From: Chrysomallon squamiferum
Taxonomy: Eukaryota > Animalia > Mollusca
Length of the DNA stretch: 64,000 bases
Assembly: GCA_012295275.1 (NCBI GenBank)
Contig: CM022677.1
Coordinates: 17,298,001 to 17,362,000, forward strand
Direction of reading: 5' to 3'
The notes beneath the pieces were generated by a model. That model did no database searches. It was not told where the DNA came from and was given only the letters and a program-made list of their open reading frames with translations. The translations under genes were made by a program, and so were the position numbers. This document shows positions 62,556 to 64,000 of this stretch, in pieces (position 1 is the stretch's first letter; every line of letters begins with the position of its first letter).

Positions 62556-63192
62556 TGGACAATCCGGTTGAGATAAAAGAAATATGTTTATTTGTATGAA
62601 AAAATCAGACAAATTTCAGATAAAATAAATTTTTCTTCTAATTTTTTTTAAATATTTTTATATGATAAATAATTTTATGTGAAATTTGTTATTCTAATTT
62701 AGCGATAACTGTATTTAAGGTACATAACTCTGTTTGTGTGTAACAACAACGAAAAAAATAACTTCATGTTCACCGTCAAGAAGCTGAAACTTTATGAGCA
62801 CAAATGGCATGTTTTTGATCGCGGAATAAACGTCAATATATCATACACATTTTTACAGATATATGTGGTCTTAATCAAGAACTGTTTTGCTATTATTTAA
62901 GTCACCTTCCTTTTTTTTATTTATTTTTTTATTTTATTTAAAATGTAAAGGTCAGAATTTCAAATCTTTGTTTATAATAAATATTTACAATAGACTTTTG
63001 TTTTAAATCGAGCTATGATTGGTATATAGTTTGAATTCACTAAATTATTTATTTATTTCTAAGTTATTTATTATTTATTTATTTATTACATATTTTTTCA
63101 ATTATAGGGAAAATATTTAATTACTGAACCTGAAAATATTTAATCATAGAACATTGGTACCACTGTATATATTTGTTTATTTTAATTTAATT

Positions 63193-63224
<32 letters not shown>

Positions 63225-64000
63225 CCAGTTACCAATAAAATGTTTAATTTCAATGTTTATCAATATTTTGGGATTGTTCTTTGGCCACTTCATCACAAAG
63301 TATGACACTAACATATAACTTCTGACATATTATAAAAGCTGTACATTTCACATCACCACCAACATTATGAACTGTACATTTCTACATCATTATAAATTCT
63401 GTTTTTTTTTTACATGATTATTATAGACTGTACATTTTACTCAATTCTCTTACATCATTAATACTATTGTAAAATGCACATTATACATCATTATTACAAA
63501 CTATTCATTTTGCATAATTATTATATAAACTGCATAATCATACATTATTATTTTTTAAAACTGGCATTTTTAAATCATTATTTTACACAGCCATTGCAAA
63601 CTGTTCATTTTATAATAATAAAAGACACATTTTAAAAAAATTTTTTTTTTTTTTTTTTTTTTTTGTTATTTTGAAGGATTGTTTGTTGTTGTTATTTTAT
63701 ATTATTTATTTGTCTTATTTAACCATTTTTTACTTTTCTACTTTTTAAAACTTAACATTTGTTTTATTTTAATTTTTTTATTTTATACAATTTAATTAAA
63801 TTATTTCAAATATTCTGTTTAATCTAAATTTTCATACTAGCGGTATCTGTCAAATCAACAATTTTGTAACTTCACAATATTAAAATTTAGTCAAATCTCA
63901 GGTGACAAGGAACTGAACCAAGTGCAAAATTAATATAAAATTATCCCAAGTTTGACAAATGTAACTGACTTAAAACGACCAGAAACTTGTTAGAATGGTA

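Noticed and set aside
1-64000. Dozens of ORF-track entries rich in I/L/Y/F/C/V/H/T runs
   Set aside because: They are translations of (AAT)n, (AC)n, (AG)n and (AAAT)n microsatellites, with no domain content or splice support.

Overview
AT-rich, microsatellite-laden animal genomic DNA. An invertebrate, possibly a mollusc or cephalopod, is inferred from composition only. Most of the ORF track is simple-repeat noise. The real content is a head-to-tail array of four intron-rich paralogous genes on the minus strand, called A (~48.85-61.33 kb), B (~29.2-44.6 kb), C (~8.4-25.7 kb) and D (<0.66-5.6 kb, cut by the window edge). Manual splicing gives A-C the same ~760-aa type I membrane architecture: signal peptide, kringle, GON domain (3 exons), five TSP1 repeats, an acidic Ser-Gly stalk built from 21-42 nt micro-exons, one short TSP1-like module, a transmembrane helix and a short tail (C ends in the PDZ-type motif TSV). 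D matches this as far as it is visible. GON is classically the C-terminal domain of ADAMTS9/20/GON-1 proteases; here it sits in a protease-free receptor-like protein, an architecture I do not recognise from any characterised family. Other observations: a +1 frameshift in gene A, two GC-AG introns, a probable gene-conversion tract between A and B, decaying tandem copies of exon ends, conserved upstream elements, a MITE, and MULE/FLYWCH and LINE fragments. All gene models were made by eye and need RNA-seq confirmation.
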